Shown here one piece after another: positions 54,273 through 64,000 of a stretch of DNA of 64,000 bases. Origin of the DNA: an uncultured Rivularia sp. (GTDB lineage Bacteria; Cyanobacteriota; Cyanobacteriia; Cyanobacteriales; Nostocaceae); NCBI GenBank assembly GCA_963665115.1, contig OY762007.1:3424001-3488000 (forward strand). Reading direction: 5' to 3'. The notes beneath the pieces were generated by a model, which had not been told where the DNA came from, searched no databases, and saw only the letters and a list, made by a program, of their open reading frames with translations. The position numbers and the translations under genes were made by a program. Position 1 is the first letter of the stretch; every line of letters begins with the position of its first letter.

Positions 54273-57200
54273 TCAAGTACAAAGTACTGATTTACATGGT
54301 AATTCAATTACAAACTCGGCACCTTCACCCAGTATCGAATTGCAATATAATTTACCACAGTGTTTTTCAATGATTTTGTAACTAATTGACAATCCCAACC
54401 CCGTACCTTTGCCAACTGGCTTAGTAGTAAAAAATGGGTCAAATAGTTTATCTAAAATTTCTGGTGGGATTCCATTTCCGTCATCTTTTATAGATATTTT
54501 TACCCAATCGTTTTCTAAAGTTTGAGTTGTAATAACGATTGTCTTGGTGTTATCTTCTTCAGAAGAAGGTTTTATTGATTGAAGTTCATCAATAGCATTT
54601 GCTAACAAATTCATAAAAACTTGATTAAGTTGTCCTGCATAGCATTGAACTAAAGGTAGCTCGCCATATTCTTTGACAATATTGATAGTAATTTTAGAAC
54701 TATCAGTTTTAAGCCGATGCTTTAAAATCATTAGCGTACCTTCAATACCATCATGGATATCTACAGGTTTCATTTCCGCTTCATCTAAACGCGAGAAGCT
54801 GCGTAATGATAAAACAATTGATTGAATGCGTTGAGTTCCGATAGATAAAGAAGAGCAGAGTTTTGGTAAATCTTCTGCAATATATTCTATATCAGCTTCC
54901 TCAAGTAAAGTTTGAATTTCATTAGAGGGTTCGGGATATTGTTCTTGATAGCAGCTTAATACTTGTAAAATATTGTTTGTGTATTCCTGAAGATGAGATA
55001 AATTAGCGTGAATAAAGTTTACAGGATTATTAATTTCGTGGGCAATTCCTGCCACTAACTGCCCCAAACTAGACATTTTTTCCGTTTGGATAAGTTGAGT
55101 TTGAGTCTCTTTTAAATTAGTTAGGGTTAGTTTCAACTCTTCGGTTTGAGATTTTACTTTATTGAGTAAATCGGATTGCTGTAGAGCCACATTCATTTGT
55201 TCTGATATTTGTTTAAGGAACTGCACTTCAAAATCCTGCCATTCACGAGGAGCATCATTTTGATATGTTGCGAGTAAACCCCATAGTTTGTCTTGCTGAT
55301 AGATAGCAATAATTACATAAGCTCTTGTTTGGTAGAATTCTAATACTTTGGTATAGCAATCAGGAAAACCAGCATTATAAATATCATTACAGACGCGAAA
55401 AACTTCCCCTTTTGCGAATGAACCACCTTGGCTTTCCATTAAATAAGTATCTTGAGAAGATAGTAAGGATAAACTTTTGATACTACATTGGTTGACATTT
55501 TCCTGTACCTTATTGTCTTCCCACTGTATTTCCATCAATCGATCGTAATTTTGAGCTACTGATTCCGCGATAAACTCACCGCTCCAATCTGGGTTGAAAC
55601 GATAAATAACAGCTCTATCTGATTGCAATAGCTCTCGTATTGCTTGTGTTGTAGTGGAAAATATAATATTCATATCAAGCGAGGAACGAATCTTGGCTAC
55701 GATATTTGAAATAGCCTTTTGCGTTTCAAATCCTCGTTGAAGTTCGGCATTAGAAGTTTTTAACTCTTTTGTCTGCTGACGAGTATAAGCAAGTAAGGTT
55801 GAGTGCTGTAAAGCTACTCCTAATTGGGCTGCTATTTGACTCGTAAATTCAACCTCAGAAGGTTTCCAATCTCGCGATTGCTCATGCTGATATAGGGCTA
55901 AAAGTCCCCAAAGGTTTTTGCCTAAAAATATTGGTACTACAATAAAAGCTTTAATGTTAAACTGCTCGTAAATATCTAAATGACATTGAGAAAACCCTTG
56001 TTGATAAACGTCATTTACTACTGAAAATTCACCTTTACGATATCTACCGCCTTGAGTTTCTTGCAGATAAGTATCATCCCAAACGACATCAATTCCTAAG
56101 CTCCCAACATCAAGCCATTTCGGAGTAATACATTCAAAGTCAGCAACAAATTCTCCACCCCAATCCGAATTAAATTTATAAACTGAAACTCTATCAACAT
56201 CAACTATCTGGCTTAATTCGTTAGTGGTAATTCGGAAAATTTCTTCTATTTCAAGAGATTCGCGTATCTTAGCAACAATACCTGCAAGCGCTTGTTGCCT
56301 GGAAATAAAGTTTTCTAATTCCAGATTAGAAAACTGTAACTGTTGGGTTTTTTGTTGAAGCTGTTCGGTACGCTCTTCTACCTGCTGTTCTAAGTTGGCA
56401 TTTAAGACTTGCACTTGCTGATAAAGCCTATATTGTTTAATAGCAGTAGAAAACCTTTCGCTAAGTGCTTGAGCATACTTTAATTCTTCTTCTATCCAAG
56501 GTTGAGCTAGTCCCGTTTTCTCCTGTTTCCATACTTCAAAGGACTGTCGTGTCATCAGTTGACGAGTATCGGGATTGTGCCATCCCGACCATTGAATTTC
56601 CGTATCTACTTCATCTCGGAAGATAGTTAAGCAACCAACGATATGGGTTCCATAATGTAAGGGAATAATAAGCAGACTGCGAACCGAAGTAGATTGAAAA
56701 AATGGAGCTAAAGTACGGAATAAAGGTTCGCGATAAAGGTCATCAATTACCCACAAATTGGGATGTTTCTCAACTTCTTCTTTATAATTTCCCAGATTGT
56801 ACACCGAACGCATCCACTGTACCGACCAAGGTTTATAACCAGTACTATCGGAACCAGATTCAATCACCGAGTGCAAGAAATTCTTCCAAAGGTAATTTTC
56901 TTCAACGACTCGATTTTTTTCTTCACTTATAAAATCTGGCTGCTTTCCGTAGGTATATATTTCCCTGGGCTGATAATCGTCTGCAAGCAAATAAAGCCTG
57001 CCACCAGAACCATCAAGAGTAGTAACTGCTTCTTCAAGGGCTGCCTGGGATTTTACTGTAGGGCTTGTATGAAGAAGCTCGGTAACGCGGTTGATATTTG
57101 CTTCATGTTTTGCTTGCGATCGCACTTGGTTAAGCAGAATTGATTGAGCTATAGCAACACCAACTTGGTCTACCACTGCTTGAACAAACTGTAATTCTTC

Positions 57201-57797
57201 ATCGGTAACGTTACGCGACTCGCTATGATGACAAGCCAGCAATCCCCAAAGTTGAGCAGAAGATTTTGTCGAAGGTTTTTCTTCTTCAGGAGAAATTTCT
57301 TTGATAACTATTGGTACTACAACAGAAGACTTTACTCCCATTGCAGTTAAATATTCCGCATGACAGGGGTCTAAAGGACGATAGCGAATATCGTTTTCTT
57401 CTTGAGCTTCACCCGTTTCTGGATGGTCTAAGGGGCTAATTCCGATTTGAGCGTTAGTAACATCTACTACCGAACGCTGACGTGCCCGTAAAAATAATTC
57501 GCGAGCATAAGGAGGAATATCATCAGCAGGAAAATGCAAATTTAGTAAAGAAGGTAATCGATTATTATGAATTGATTCGGCAATTACCACCCCACTATTA
57601 TTAGGATTGAATTTATACACTTTTACACGGTCAGTTCCCAAGTAATCCCGGACTTCCGCCACCATCGTATTTAAAATCTCTTTTAATTCTAAAGACTGAC
57701 GAATACGATTAGCAATACGATGTAATAAACCTTCCTGAGTAGCAACTAACTGCTGCTCCTGCAACTCCTGCAACTTATTCATCACTTTACCTAGCAA
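54273..57797 (-). CDS. AphC-like photoreceptor histidine kinase: knotless phytochrome GAF, PHY-like GAF, two cyanobacteriochrome GAFs, kinase
   Basis: DDIPPYAR and [22 protein letters not shown]...[14 protein letters not shown]...[26 protein letters not shown]. Confidence 0.88.
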   Translation of the reverse strand: MLGKVMNKLQELQEQQLVATQEGLLHRIANRIRQSLELKEILNTMVAEVRDYLGTDRVKVYKFNPNNSGVVIAESIHNNRLPSLLNLHFPADDIPPYARELFLRARQRSVVDVTNAQIGISPLDHPETGEAQEENDIRYRPLDPCHAEYLTAMGVKSSVVVPIVIKEISPEEEKPSTKSSAQLWGLLACHHSESRNVTDEELQFVQAVVDQVGVAIAQSILLNQVRSQAKHEANINRVTELLHTSPTVKSQAALEEAVTTLDGSGGRLYLLADDYQPREIYTYGKQPDFISEEKNRVVEENYLWKNFLHSVIESGSDSTGYKPWSVQWMRSVYNLGNYKEEVEKHPNLWVIDDLYREPLFRTLAPFFQSTSVRSLLIIPLHYGTHIVGCLTIFRDEVDTEIQWSGWHNPDTRQLMTRQSFEVWKQEKTGLAQPWIEEELKYAQALSERFSTAIKQYRLYQQVQVLNANLEQQVEERTEQLQQKTQQLQFSNLELENFISRQQALAGIVAKIRESLEIEEIFRITTNELSQIVDVDRVSVYKFNSDWGGEFVADFECITPKWLDVGSLGIDVVWDDTYLQETQGGRYRKGEFSVVNDVYQQGFSQCHLDIYEQFNIKAFIVVPIFLGKNLWGLLALYQHEQSRDWKPSEVEFTSQIAAQLGVALQHSTLLAYTRQQTKELKTSNAELQRGFETQKAISNIVAKIRSSLDMNIIFSTTTQAIRELLQSDRAVIYRFNPDWSGEFIAESVAQNYDRLMEIQWEDNKVQENVNQCSIKSLSLLSSQDTYLMESQGGSFAKGEVFRVCNDIYNAGFPDCYTKVLEFYQTRAYVIIAIYQQDKLWGLLATYQNDAPREWQDFEVQFLKQISEQMNVALQQSDLLNKVKSQTEELKLTLTNLKETQTQLIQTEKMSSLGQLVAGIAHEINNPVNFIHANLSHLQEYTNNILQVLSCYQEQYPEPSNEIQTLLEEADIEYIAEDLPKLCSSLSIGTQRIQSIVLSLRSFSRLDEAEMKPVDIHDGIEGTLMILKHRLKTDSSKITINIVKEYGELPLVQCYAGQLNQVFMNLLANAIDELQSIKPSSEEDNTKTIVITTQTLENDWVKISIKDDGNGIPPEILDKLFDPFFTTKPVGKGTGLGLSISYKIIEKHCGKLYCNSILGEGAEFVIELPCKSVLCT

Positions 57798-57932
57798 AAA
57801 TTTTCACTCTTATTAATATTGTTCCCGCTTTTAGTATAGGAATATCATTGCAATTGGAAGGATGAGGGGGAAGAAAAGAGTTAAGAGTTAGGAATTAGGA
57901 GTTAAAAGTTAGATTTTAGATATTAATACTCA

Positions 57933-58019
57933 TTGACACTCCCTGGCGTAAACGCACGGGGATTCTTTAATCTACGAGCCAACTTGCTTTGACTGGATTG
58001 CTACAACCAATGTAGAGGG
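57933..58019 (-). mobile_element. Orphan right end of an IS200/IS605 (tnpB) element
   Basis: Minus strand reads STLVVAIQSKQVGS*IKESPCVYARECQ, like a TnpB tail, with subterminal hairpin TCCCCGTGCG TTTA CGCCAGGGA and terminal GTGTCAA. Confidence 0.75.
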
Positions 58020-58089
58020 TAATTAGGAGTTGAGAATTCAATATAAATGAATCACATCCTCCTAATAAAAACTGTTTACTATTCACCGT

Positions 58090-58491
58090 TTACTGTCTTT
58101 GACGTTCAATAGCGCGTCTGGAAGATTTAGGATTAGTCAAAGTTTTCCATGCAGTTTTTACACCAACAAAAATGCTGCGCGTACCCACTTGTACGTTCTG
58201 TGCTTGCTTTTTGGCGCTATTAAGACTTTGGTCTACTTGTTTTACTACTCCAGAAGCACTTTCCACACCCTCACTAACATCATCAGTTAAATCGGTAATT
58301 TCTAAACCAGTCAAGCGGACGGCTTCTAAGGTCGGTGGTAGCTCCCGCGAAAGTGTATCAAACAACTTTTCTGCGCTACGAGCAGCTCTTGCGACTTCCT
58401 GCAAAGCTGGAATAGCCGCTACCAACAAAGCAGTTAAACTAACAGCGACCAGCAAAATAGATAATCCTAGCCAAAATAGAGGTTCACTCAC
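58090..58491 (-). CDS. DUF948-family membrane protein
   Basis: N-terminal TM, ARAARSAEKLFDTLSRELPPTL; paired with YtxH. Confidence 0.8.
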   Translation of the reverse strand: MSEPLFWLGLSILLVAVSLTALLVAAIPALQEVARAARSAEKLFDTLSRELPPTLEAVRLTGLEITDLTDDVSEGVESASGVVKQVDQSLNSAKKQAQNVQVGTRSIFVGVKTAWKTLTNPKSSRRAIERQRQ

Positions 58492-58658
58492 ACTAAATTT
58501 TCCGAGGACAGGTTTAATATCAAATAATTAACCACCTATTAGAGGTAGCTTTAGGATTTTAGATTAACGATTAACTGTTAGGGTTCCAAGCAGCAAAACA
58601 TTATTTATTGAAACCAGAATCTAAAATCTGAAATTAAAATTAGCTTAAGTTAATTAAA

Positions 58659-59006
58659 CTAATTATTTAGATGCTGGGGTAGAGAATTAGAGTCATCTTG
58701 AGTTTTTTGGCGCTTCAATAGTTGATTCTCCCGCATGGAAGCATCTACTCCAGCGTATAGAGCTTCTCGCAGTCTATCTAAAGTATCATCCCAAGAACGT
58801 AACGCATTTTCAGAAATACGATCTGCTTGAATTTGAGCGCTTGTTGACAAATCCTCTGCTAAATCTGGTAAGGCATCAGCAGACTTTTTCAACAATTTAC
58901 GTGTTTCGCGTCCCGTGCGCGGAGCCATAAGCAACCCGGTGAAGGCACCAATAGTAGCTCCTAACATCAAACCACCAATAAAATTTCCACTACGATTATT
59001 AGGCAT
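58659..59006 (-). CDS. YtxH-family protein
   Basis: FIGGLMLGATIGAFTGLLMAPRTGRETR. Confidence 0.88.
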   Translation of the reverse strand: MPNNRSGNFIGGLMLGATIGAFTGLLMAPRTGRETRKLLKKSADALPDLAEDLSTSAQIQADRISENALRSWDDTLDRLREALYAGVDASMRENQLLKRQKTQDDSNSLPQHLNN

Positions 59007-59292
59007 TTTATATATATCTCTCCTTAAACCCATTTTAGGTGGCTTTGAGCGGCTTGCAAGATTCTCAAAGATTTTACCGTTCTTCTACTTGATGACAATA
59101 TATCAGCCACATAGGTTGCATTGACTTAATGAAGGTTATTTATTTGACATATTCTGTAAAATACGTGCTAGGGGGAGGGGGAGGGGGAGAGTAGTGAGTA
59201 GTGAGTAGTGAGTAGTGAGTAGTGAGTGAAGAGTAATGAATTAATGCTCTTTACAGCCCGGTTAGCAATATTATGAATTAAAAGTAATTTAA

Positions 59293-59650
59293 CTACTCCC
59301 TACTTTCTACTCACTACTCCCTACTTTCCACTCCCTACTCCCTACTTCCTACTCCCTACTTTCTACTCCCTACTCCCTACTTCCTACTCCCTACTTCCTA
59401 CTCACTACTCCCTACTTTCTACTCCCTACTTTCCACTCCCTACTTCCTACTTCCTACTCCCTACTCACTACTCCCTACTTCCTACTCCCTACTTTCTACT
59501 CCCTACTTTCTACTCCCTACTTCCTACTTCCTACTCCCTACTCCCTACTTCCTACTCCCTACTCCCTACTTCCTACTCACTACTCCCTACTTTCTACTCC
59601 CTACTTCCTACTCCCTACTTCCTACTCCCTACCCACTCTTAACTCCTAAC
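59293..59650. repeat. STRR tract (CTACTCC/CTACTTT)n
   Basis: Tandem 7-mers, complementary to the 41612 tract type. Confidence 0.93.
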
Positions 59651-59964
59651 TCCTTCAACCTAGTTCTAATTCCCGGACGAGTCCATAGTATTTGTCTACC
59701 GAAAACTACAAGTGCTAAAATTTGCTTTATTTGCCGTAGTTTTACCTGTAAGCTTTGATTTCTTTGGCGCAGATTATTTAAATTCTGCATACCTAGATAA
59801 ATCGCTTCTGGTCTTCGATGCAGCAAGGCATAAGAATTGCGATCGCAGTTTTTGAAAAACTTGGTAAGTCTAACTAATCGCCGTCTTAATTGCCACACTA
59901 GCCAAGTGCAATAGAAAAGTATCAGCGAGATAACAATATTAATAGCGACAACAATAGTTACCAT
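59629..59964 (-). CDS. Hypothetical membrane-anchored protein
   Basis: N-terminal TM then basic coiled region; C-terminus runs into the STRR. Confidence 0.7.
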   Translation of the reverse strand: MVTIVVAINIVISLILFYCTWLVWQLRRRLVRLTKFFKNCDRNSYALLHRRPEAIYLGMQNLNNLRQRNQSLQVKLRQIKQILALVVFGRQILWTRPGIRTRLKELGVKSG

Positions 59965-60036
59965 TGATTGCGAAAAATAGGATTAGTTCATCAGTTACTG
60001 TAATTTTTACTTATTAAGTATATACAGTGCTAAAGT

Positions 60037-60050
60037 AGTACTAAAATACT
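60037..60050. promoter_or_regulatory. Possible cyanobacterial LexA box upstream of the DNA ligase gene
   Basis: AGTAC-TAAA-ATACT, one mismatch to AGTAC-N4-GTACT, about 10 bp before the ATG. Confidence 0.4.
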
Positions 60051-60059
60051 AATAAAATT

Positions 60060-61007
60060 ATGAAGTTAGATAATATATCTGAATTGCCATCTTATTTGCA
60101 ATCGGGATGCATTCAAACTATGCAGGCTGTTGATGCTCCAATGGAACGCTCTTGCTACATTAATTCACCTGACTATTGGGGGCAAGCAAAGCGGGATGGT
60201 AGCAGGTTAATAGTAATTGCAACACCAGATAAAGTTTACTATCAATCGCGATAAGCGAAGCTTGATGCCTTCGGCATTACGCAAAAAATTAAACGTCAGC
60301 CTTGTGAGGAAATAAATCAAGCTTTAACTAAAGCTGCTATTAAGTTGGGTACGTTTATTTTAGATGGTGAATTATATTATCGCTCGGTAACGGGAAGCGA
60401 GCATCGTACTGCCGCACAGGCTGCGACTATTAATGCAAAGCAGGGAACTTCGATTTCAGCTACACCAATGTACGCAATTTTCAAATCTTTATGGTTTTCT
60501 GGGAAGGATTTAACAATTGTAACGGAAGCAGAAAGAATTTCCGTAGGGGAGAAAATTGCTGAATGTTTGAGAACAGATTTTTTTGAAGTTTTACCTACTG
60601 CTAGAAGTAAAGAAGAAAAAGCAGAATTGGCATTAAAACAAGAATCGGAAGGAAGAGAAGGAGAAATTTGGATACTAAAAAACTGTGTTTATGCGGGTGG
60701 AAAGAATAAGCATAACCAGGCAATGTTACGGACAAAATATTGTTTGGAATTAGACTTGGTAGTTACCGATTTAACTTTAGTAAAAGGTACTGGAAGACCG
60801 TTTAGTGCAGCGATTGTAGCTCAAGAAGTTGAAGATAAATTAGTATCAGTTGGTTCGATAGGAACTGGATTTTCTCTTAAAGATATGCGAGAAATTATTC
60901 GTCGTCATACAGCTAAACCGAGAAGCGTCAAAATAACAGTTAGATGTTTAGGAATAACAGAAAATGGTAATTTATGGCATGGACGATTTATTAAATTGTG
61001 CGAATAA
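60060..61007 (+). pseudogene. ATP-dependent DNA ligase interrupted by a stop-carrying 27-bp insertion
   Basis: Motif I AKRDG, then ILDGEL, REGEIW, RTKY, OB-fold VGSIGTGF and HGRF. Both ORF halves are in the same frame. Confidence 0.8.
60253..60279. mobile_element. SDR5-like 27-bp insertion in a HIP1 site
   Basis: GCGAT[AAGCGAAGCTTGATGCCTTCGGCATTA]CGC. Confidence 0.75.
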
Positions 61008-61092
61008 TAATGTAGAGACGTAGCAGTGCTACGTCTCTAACAACGTGAAATCACAACTTCATATTTATATTCAGCAGATCCAAAAATATACT

Positions 61093-61503
61093 TCAACTAC
61101 CCTGCATTTGGTTGAACTTAGTTCTAATTGTTTCTACTCGTTTGCGATTAACACCTAGATCGCTTTGTCCTAAACGAGAAGCAGAACGCACGTGGATAGT
61201 ACTGCTACTGCTATCTATATAAAATTCCACATCATCTACAAATCCCATCAAAGCGCTTTTGAATTCAGCGTATAAATAATCTGAAGATTCGTTAATTATC
61301 GTAGTTCTATCTTCCGATTCAATCACCTTCTTAAGATCGGCTAAAGCTTTTTCTGTTGCAGAAGTATACTTAAGCGGTTGAATGAAGTGGGTTTCATCTG
61401 AAGTTGGACTTTGAGAGGAAACGCAGTTAGGGGAATTGGGACAATCTGTCAATTTACCGCTGTTAACACCCAAGTTATCCGGTTTTGTTCCTGAAAATAT
61501 CAT
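61093..61503 (-). CDS. DUF1499-family protein
   Basis: CPNSPNCVSSQ, GFVDDVEF, VRSASRLGQSDLGVNRKR. Confidence 0.9.
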   Translation of the reverse strand: MIFSGTKPDNLGVNSGKLTDCPNSPNCVSSQSPTSDETHFIQPLKYTSATEKALADLKKVIESEDRTTIINESSDYLYAEFKSALMGFVDDVEFYIDSSSSTIHVRSASRLGQSDLGVNRKRVETIRTKFNQMQGS

Positions 61504-61576
61504 TGATTATTTTTTATCTAAAAGTAAAGTGGACTACTTTTTACTTTATAGGTTAAAAGGTTTTATAACTAGCGCT

Positions 61577-61670
61577 CCCCACTCCCTACTCTCTACTCCC
61601 CACTCTCTACTCCCTACTCCCTACTCCCCACTCCCCACTCCCCACTCCCTACTCCCAACTCCCTACTCCT
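61577..61670. repeat. STRR tract (CTCCCYA)n
   Basis: Tandem 7-mers. Confidence 0.85.
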
Positions 61671-61676
61671 TGCATT

Positions 61677-62789
61677 TCAAGCAGCTAATGCAGGATAATC
61701 AATGTAGCCCTTTGCTTCGTGAGTATAGAAAGTGTTTGGATCTGCTTCGTTTAAAGCAGCATCTGTACGATAGCGTTCTGGTAAATCGGGATTGGCGATG
61801 AAAGGAACACCGTATGACACTAAATCGGCTTCTTTGTTATCGATGGCTGCGGCACCTTTTACAGCATCATAACCACCGTTGACCATGAATATACCTTTAA
61901 ATGCTTTACGCATATAAGAGCCAACTCGCTCTCCTTGTGCTGCTAGCATATGTCCTGGAAGGGCTTCAAGAATATGTAAATAAGCTAAGTTAAATTGATT
62001 TAATGCTTCAGATGCTTGAGAAAACGTTGCAATTGGATCGCTGTCTCGCATATCGTTGAAGGGATTGGTTGGTGAAAGTCTTACCCCTACACGATCGGAA
62101 CTCCATTGGTTTACTACTGCTTCGGTAATTTCCATCAAAAAACGCAGCCGGTTTTCAATGCTTCCACCGTAAGCATCCGTGCGCTGATTGGAACCATCTC
62201 TGATAAATTGGTCAATTAAATAACCGTTGGCTGCGTGAATCTCCACACCATCAAATCCCGCTGCTTGCGCCCGTTTTGTGGCGTTTACATAATCTTGCAC
62301 TACTCCCGGAATTTCTGATAATTCCAAAGCACGAGGAGTTACATAAGGTTTTTTACCTTCTCTAGTGTATGCATCTCCTTCCGCTTTGATTGCCGATGCA
62401 GATACGGGTAGTTGCCCGTTAGGCTGAAAATATGGGTGGGAAGCTCTGCCAGTATGCCATAGTTGCAGGTAGATTAATCCACCTTCTTTATGAACTGCTT
62501 GAGTGATTTGCTCCCAACCTTTAACCTGTTCTTCAGTATGAATTCCCGGACTTTCACTCCATCCGGCACCTTGCTCGGAAATCTGTGTAGCTTCAGAAAT
62601 AATTAATCCTGCACTGGCTCTTTGGGTGTAATATTCCTGCATCAGTTCGTTGGGAATCCGTTCTTTACCCGCACGCCCGCGAGTCAAAGGTGCCATTACC
62701 AAACGATTTCGTAATTTCACCGCACCTACTTGCAAAGGTTCAAATAGTGAAGAGACTTTAGGGTTTACTACAGAAGTAGTGAATGACAT
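61677..62789 (-). CDS. Old Yellow Enzyme / alkene reductase, second paralog
   Basis: NRLVMAPLTR, GFDGVEIHAANGYLIDQF, KGYIDYP. ATG at 62789 preferred. Confidence 0.93.
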   Translation of the reverse strand: MSFTTSVVNPKVSSLFEPLQVGAVKLRNRLVMAPLTRGRAGKERIPNELMQEYYTQRASAGLIISEATQISEQGAGWSESPGIHTEEQVKGWEQITQAVHKEGGLIYLQLWHTGRASHPYFQPNGQLPVSASAIKAEGDAYTREGKKPYVTPRALELSEIPGVVQDYVNATKRAQAAGFDGVEIHAANGYLIDQFIRDGSNQRTDAYGGSIENRLRFLMEITEAVVNQWSSDRVGVRLSPTNPFNDMRDSDPIATFSQASEALNQFNLAYLHILEALPGHMLAAQGERVGSYMRKAFKGIFMVNGGYDAVKGAAAIDNKEADLVSYGVPFIANPDLPERYRTDAALNEADPNTFYTHEAKGYIDYPALAA

Positions 62790-62882
62790 TGCTACCCTCC
62801 TTATTTTGTATTTCCAAAAACTCGAACAATTGAAATATACATGAATATACAAGAAAGTGCAACAGGTGATACCAATTATTTG

Positions 62883-62982
62883 AGGGAGTGGGGAGTGGGG
62901 AGTGGGGAGTAGTAAGTAATGAGTAGGGAGTAGTAAGTAGTGAGTAGGGAGTAGGGAGTAGTGAGTAGGGAGTAGGGAGTAG
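62883..62982. repeat. STRR tract (GGGAGTR/GTGAGTA)n
   Basis: Tandem 7-mers. Confidence 0.85.
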
Positions 62983-63186
62983 TATCTTTTTGAATAAGTA
63001 TAAATACTTTTTTAATTAGTAACTTTATATCTTTTTTATGGAATCGCTAAAAATTTCAGCAATTCTTCTTAGGTATAAACGTGAAATTGGCATGAAGAGA
63101 TGATGAAGTAAAATTTTGTCAGAGAAAAATGGTTAATAATGAAATAAATAAGAATATTTCCTGTGTCTGGAGTATAAATCGAGGTG

Positions 63187-64000
63187 ATGTCTCTTCGTAT
63201 TTTAAAAGAGCGCTACAAAATTGAACGGCTACTTGCGAAAAAAGCGGGAAGAAGGACTCTTTTAGCAAGAGATTTGCAAACGAATGAATTAGTAGTAGTT
63301 AAGCTGCTGACTTTCAACAGTGAAGTTAAATGGGAAGAATTAAAGCTGTTTGAAAGAGAAGCTAAAACTCTACGTAATCTTTGTTATTCTGCGATTCCAA
63401 GTTATATTGATTTCTTTGAAATTACGCTACCAAATAAAAAAGCTTTGGCTTTTGTACAAAGTTATATAGAAGCGGATTCTTTAGAGCAGCAAATAGAAAA
63501 AAGAGGGGTTTTTAGCAAAGCAGAAGTTAAGTATTTAGCTAAATCTGTTTTGCAAATTTTAGTTTATTTGCACGGACAAAATCCATCGGTAATTCATCGC
63601 GATATTAAGCCGAGTAATCTTCTTATTACTAATCGTTCGGGGAATCGTATTGGTGATGTTTACTTGGTTGATTTTGGCTCCGTACAAACTTTGGCTAGTA
63701 GTGATGGTAGTTGTACGGTTGTTGGCACTTACGGTTATATGGCTCCAGAGCAATTTGGATCGCGTGCTGTTGCTGCTTCCGATTTGTATGGTTTAGGTGC
63801 AACTTTAATTTATCTTTTAACTAAGAAGCCACCTGCTGATTTGCCACAGAAACAGGGGAAAATTCAGTTTGAAGTAGCTGATTGTTCGCAAGATTTTTGT
63901 AAATGGCTCGAACAAATGATTGAACCATTGCAAGAAAAGCGTTTTAAGTCGGCAGATGAAGCTTTAAAAAATCTGGATAACTTTTCGTCTGTAACTTTAT
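63187..64000 (+). CDS. Ser/Thr protein kinase, 3'-partial (absent from the ORF track because it runs off the window)
   Basis: Translated by hand: MSLRILKERYKIERLLAKKAGRRTLLA...VVVKLL...IHRDIKPSN...LVDFGSVQ...GTYGYMAPEQ; GAGG precedes the start. Confidence 0.92.
   Translation, partial: MSLRILKERYKIERLLAKKAGRRTLLARDLQTNELVVVKLLTFNSEVKWEELKLFEREAKTLRNLCYSAIPSYIDFFEITLPNKKALAFVQSYIEADSLEQQIEKRGVFSKAEVKYLAKSVLQILVYLHGQNPSVIHRDIKPSNLLITNRSGNRIGDVYLVDFGSVQTLASSDGSCTVVGTYGYMAPEQFGSRAVAASDLYGLGATLIYLLTKKPPADLPQKQGKIQFEVADCSQDFCKWLEQMIEPLQEKRFKSADEALKNLDNFSSVTL

Noticed and set aside
1..64000. tRNA/rRNA genes, intact transposases, integrases or prophage
   Set aside because: None recognised by reading; only non-autonomous elements and remnants were seen. 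tRNAscan-SE would be the definitive check.

Overview
AT-rich chromosomal window of a filamentous, probably heterocyst-forming cyanobacterium (Nostocales, Rivularia/Calothrix-like), judged from frequent HIP1 GCGATCGC sites, long heptameric STRR tracts and the gene content. Recognisable genes are aqpZ, cydAB, hisG, ndhH, lepA, nfuA and tamB, plus a GH57, two OYE reductases, several Ser/Thr kinases, WD40 proteins and an AphC-like multi-GAF photoreceptor kinase. Accessory content includes a 1506-aa nuclease-fold/NACHT/WD40 NLR-like protein next to a PemK/MazF toxin-antitoxin pair, a rhodanese/persulfide-dioxygenase/cytochrome bd cluster, twin PEP-CTERM genes, an RTX protein and many miniature mobile repeats, several of which break genes. 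The most intriguing unexplained signal is a pair of tandem ~211-nt non-coding copies (20212-20422 and 20511-20721) whose differences mostly preserve a multi-stem RNA fold on the + strand. Nine apparent frameshifts are all single extra bases in short homopolymers (one is in lepA) and are treated as sequencing errors. All calls come from reading the sequence; no searches were run.
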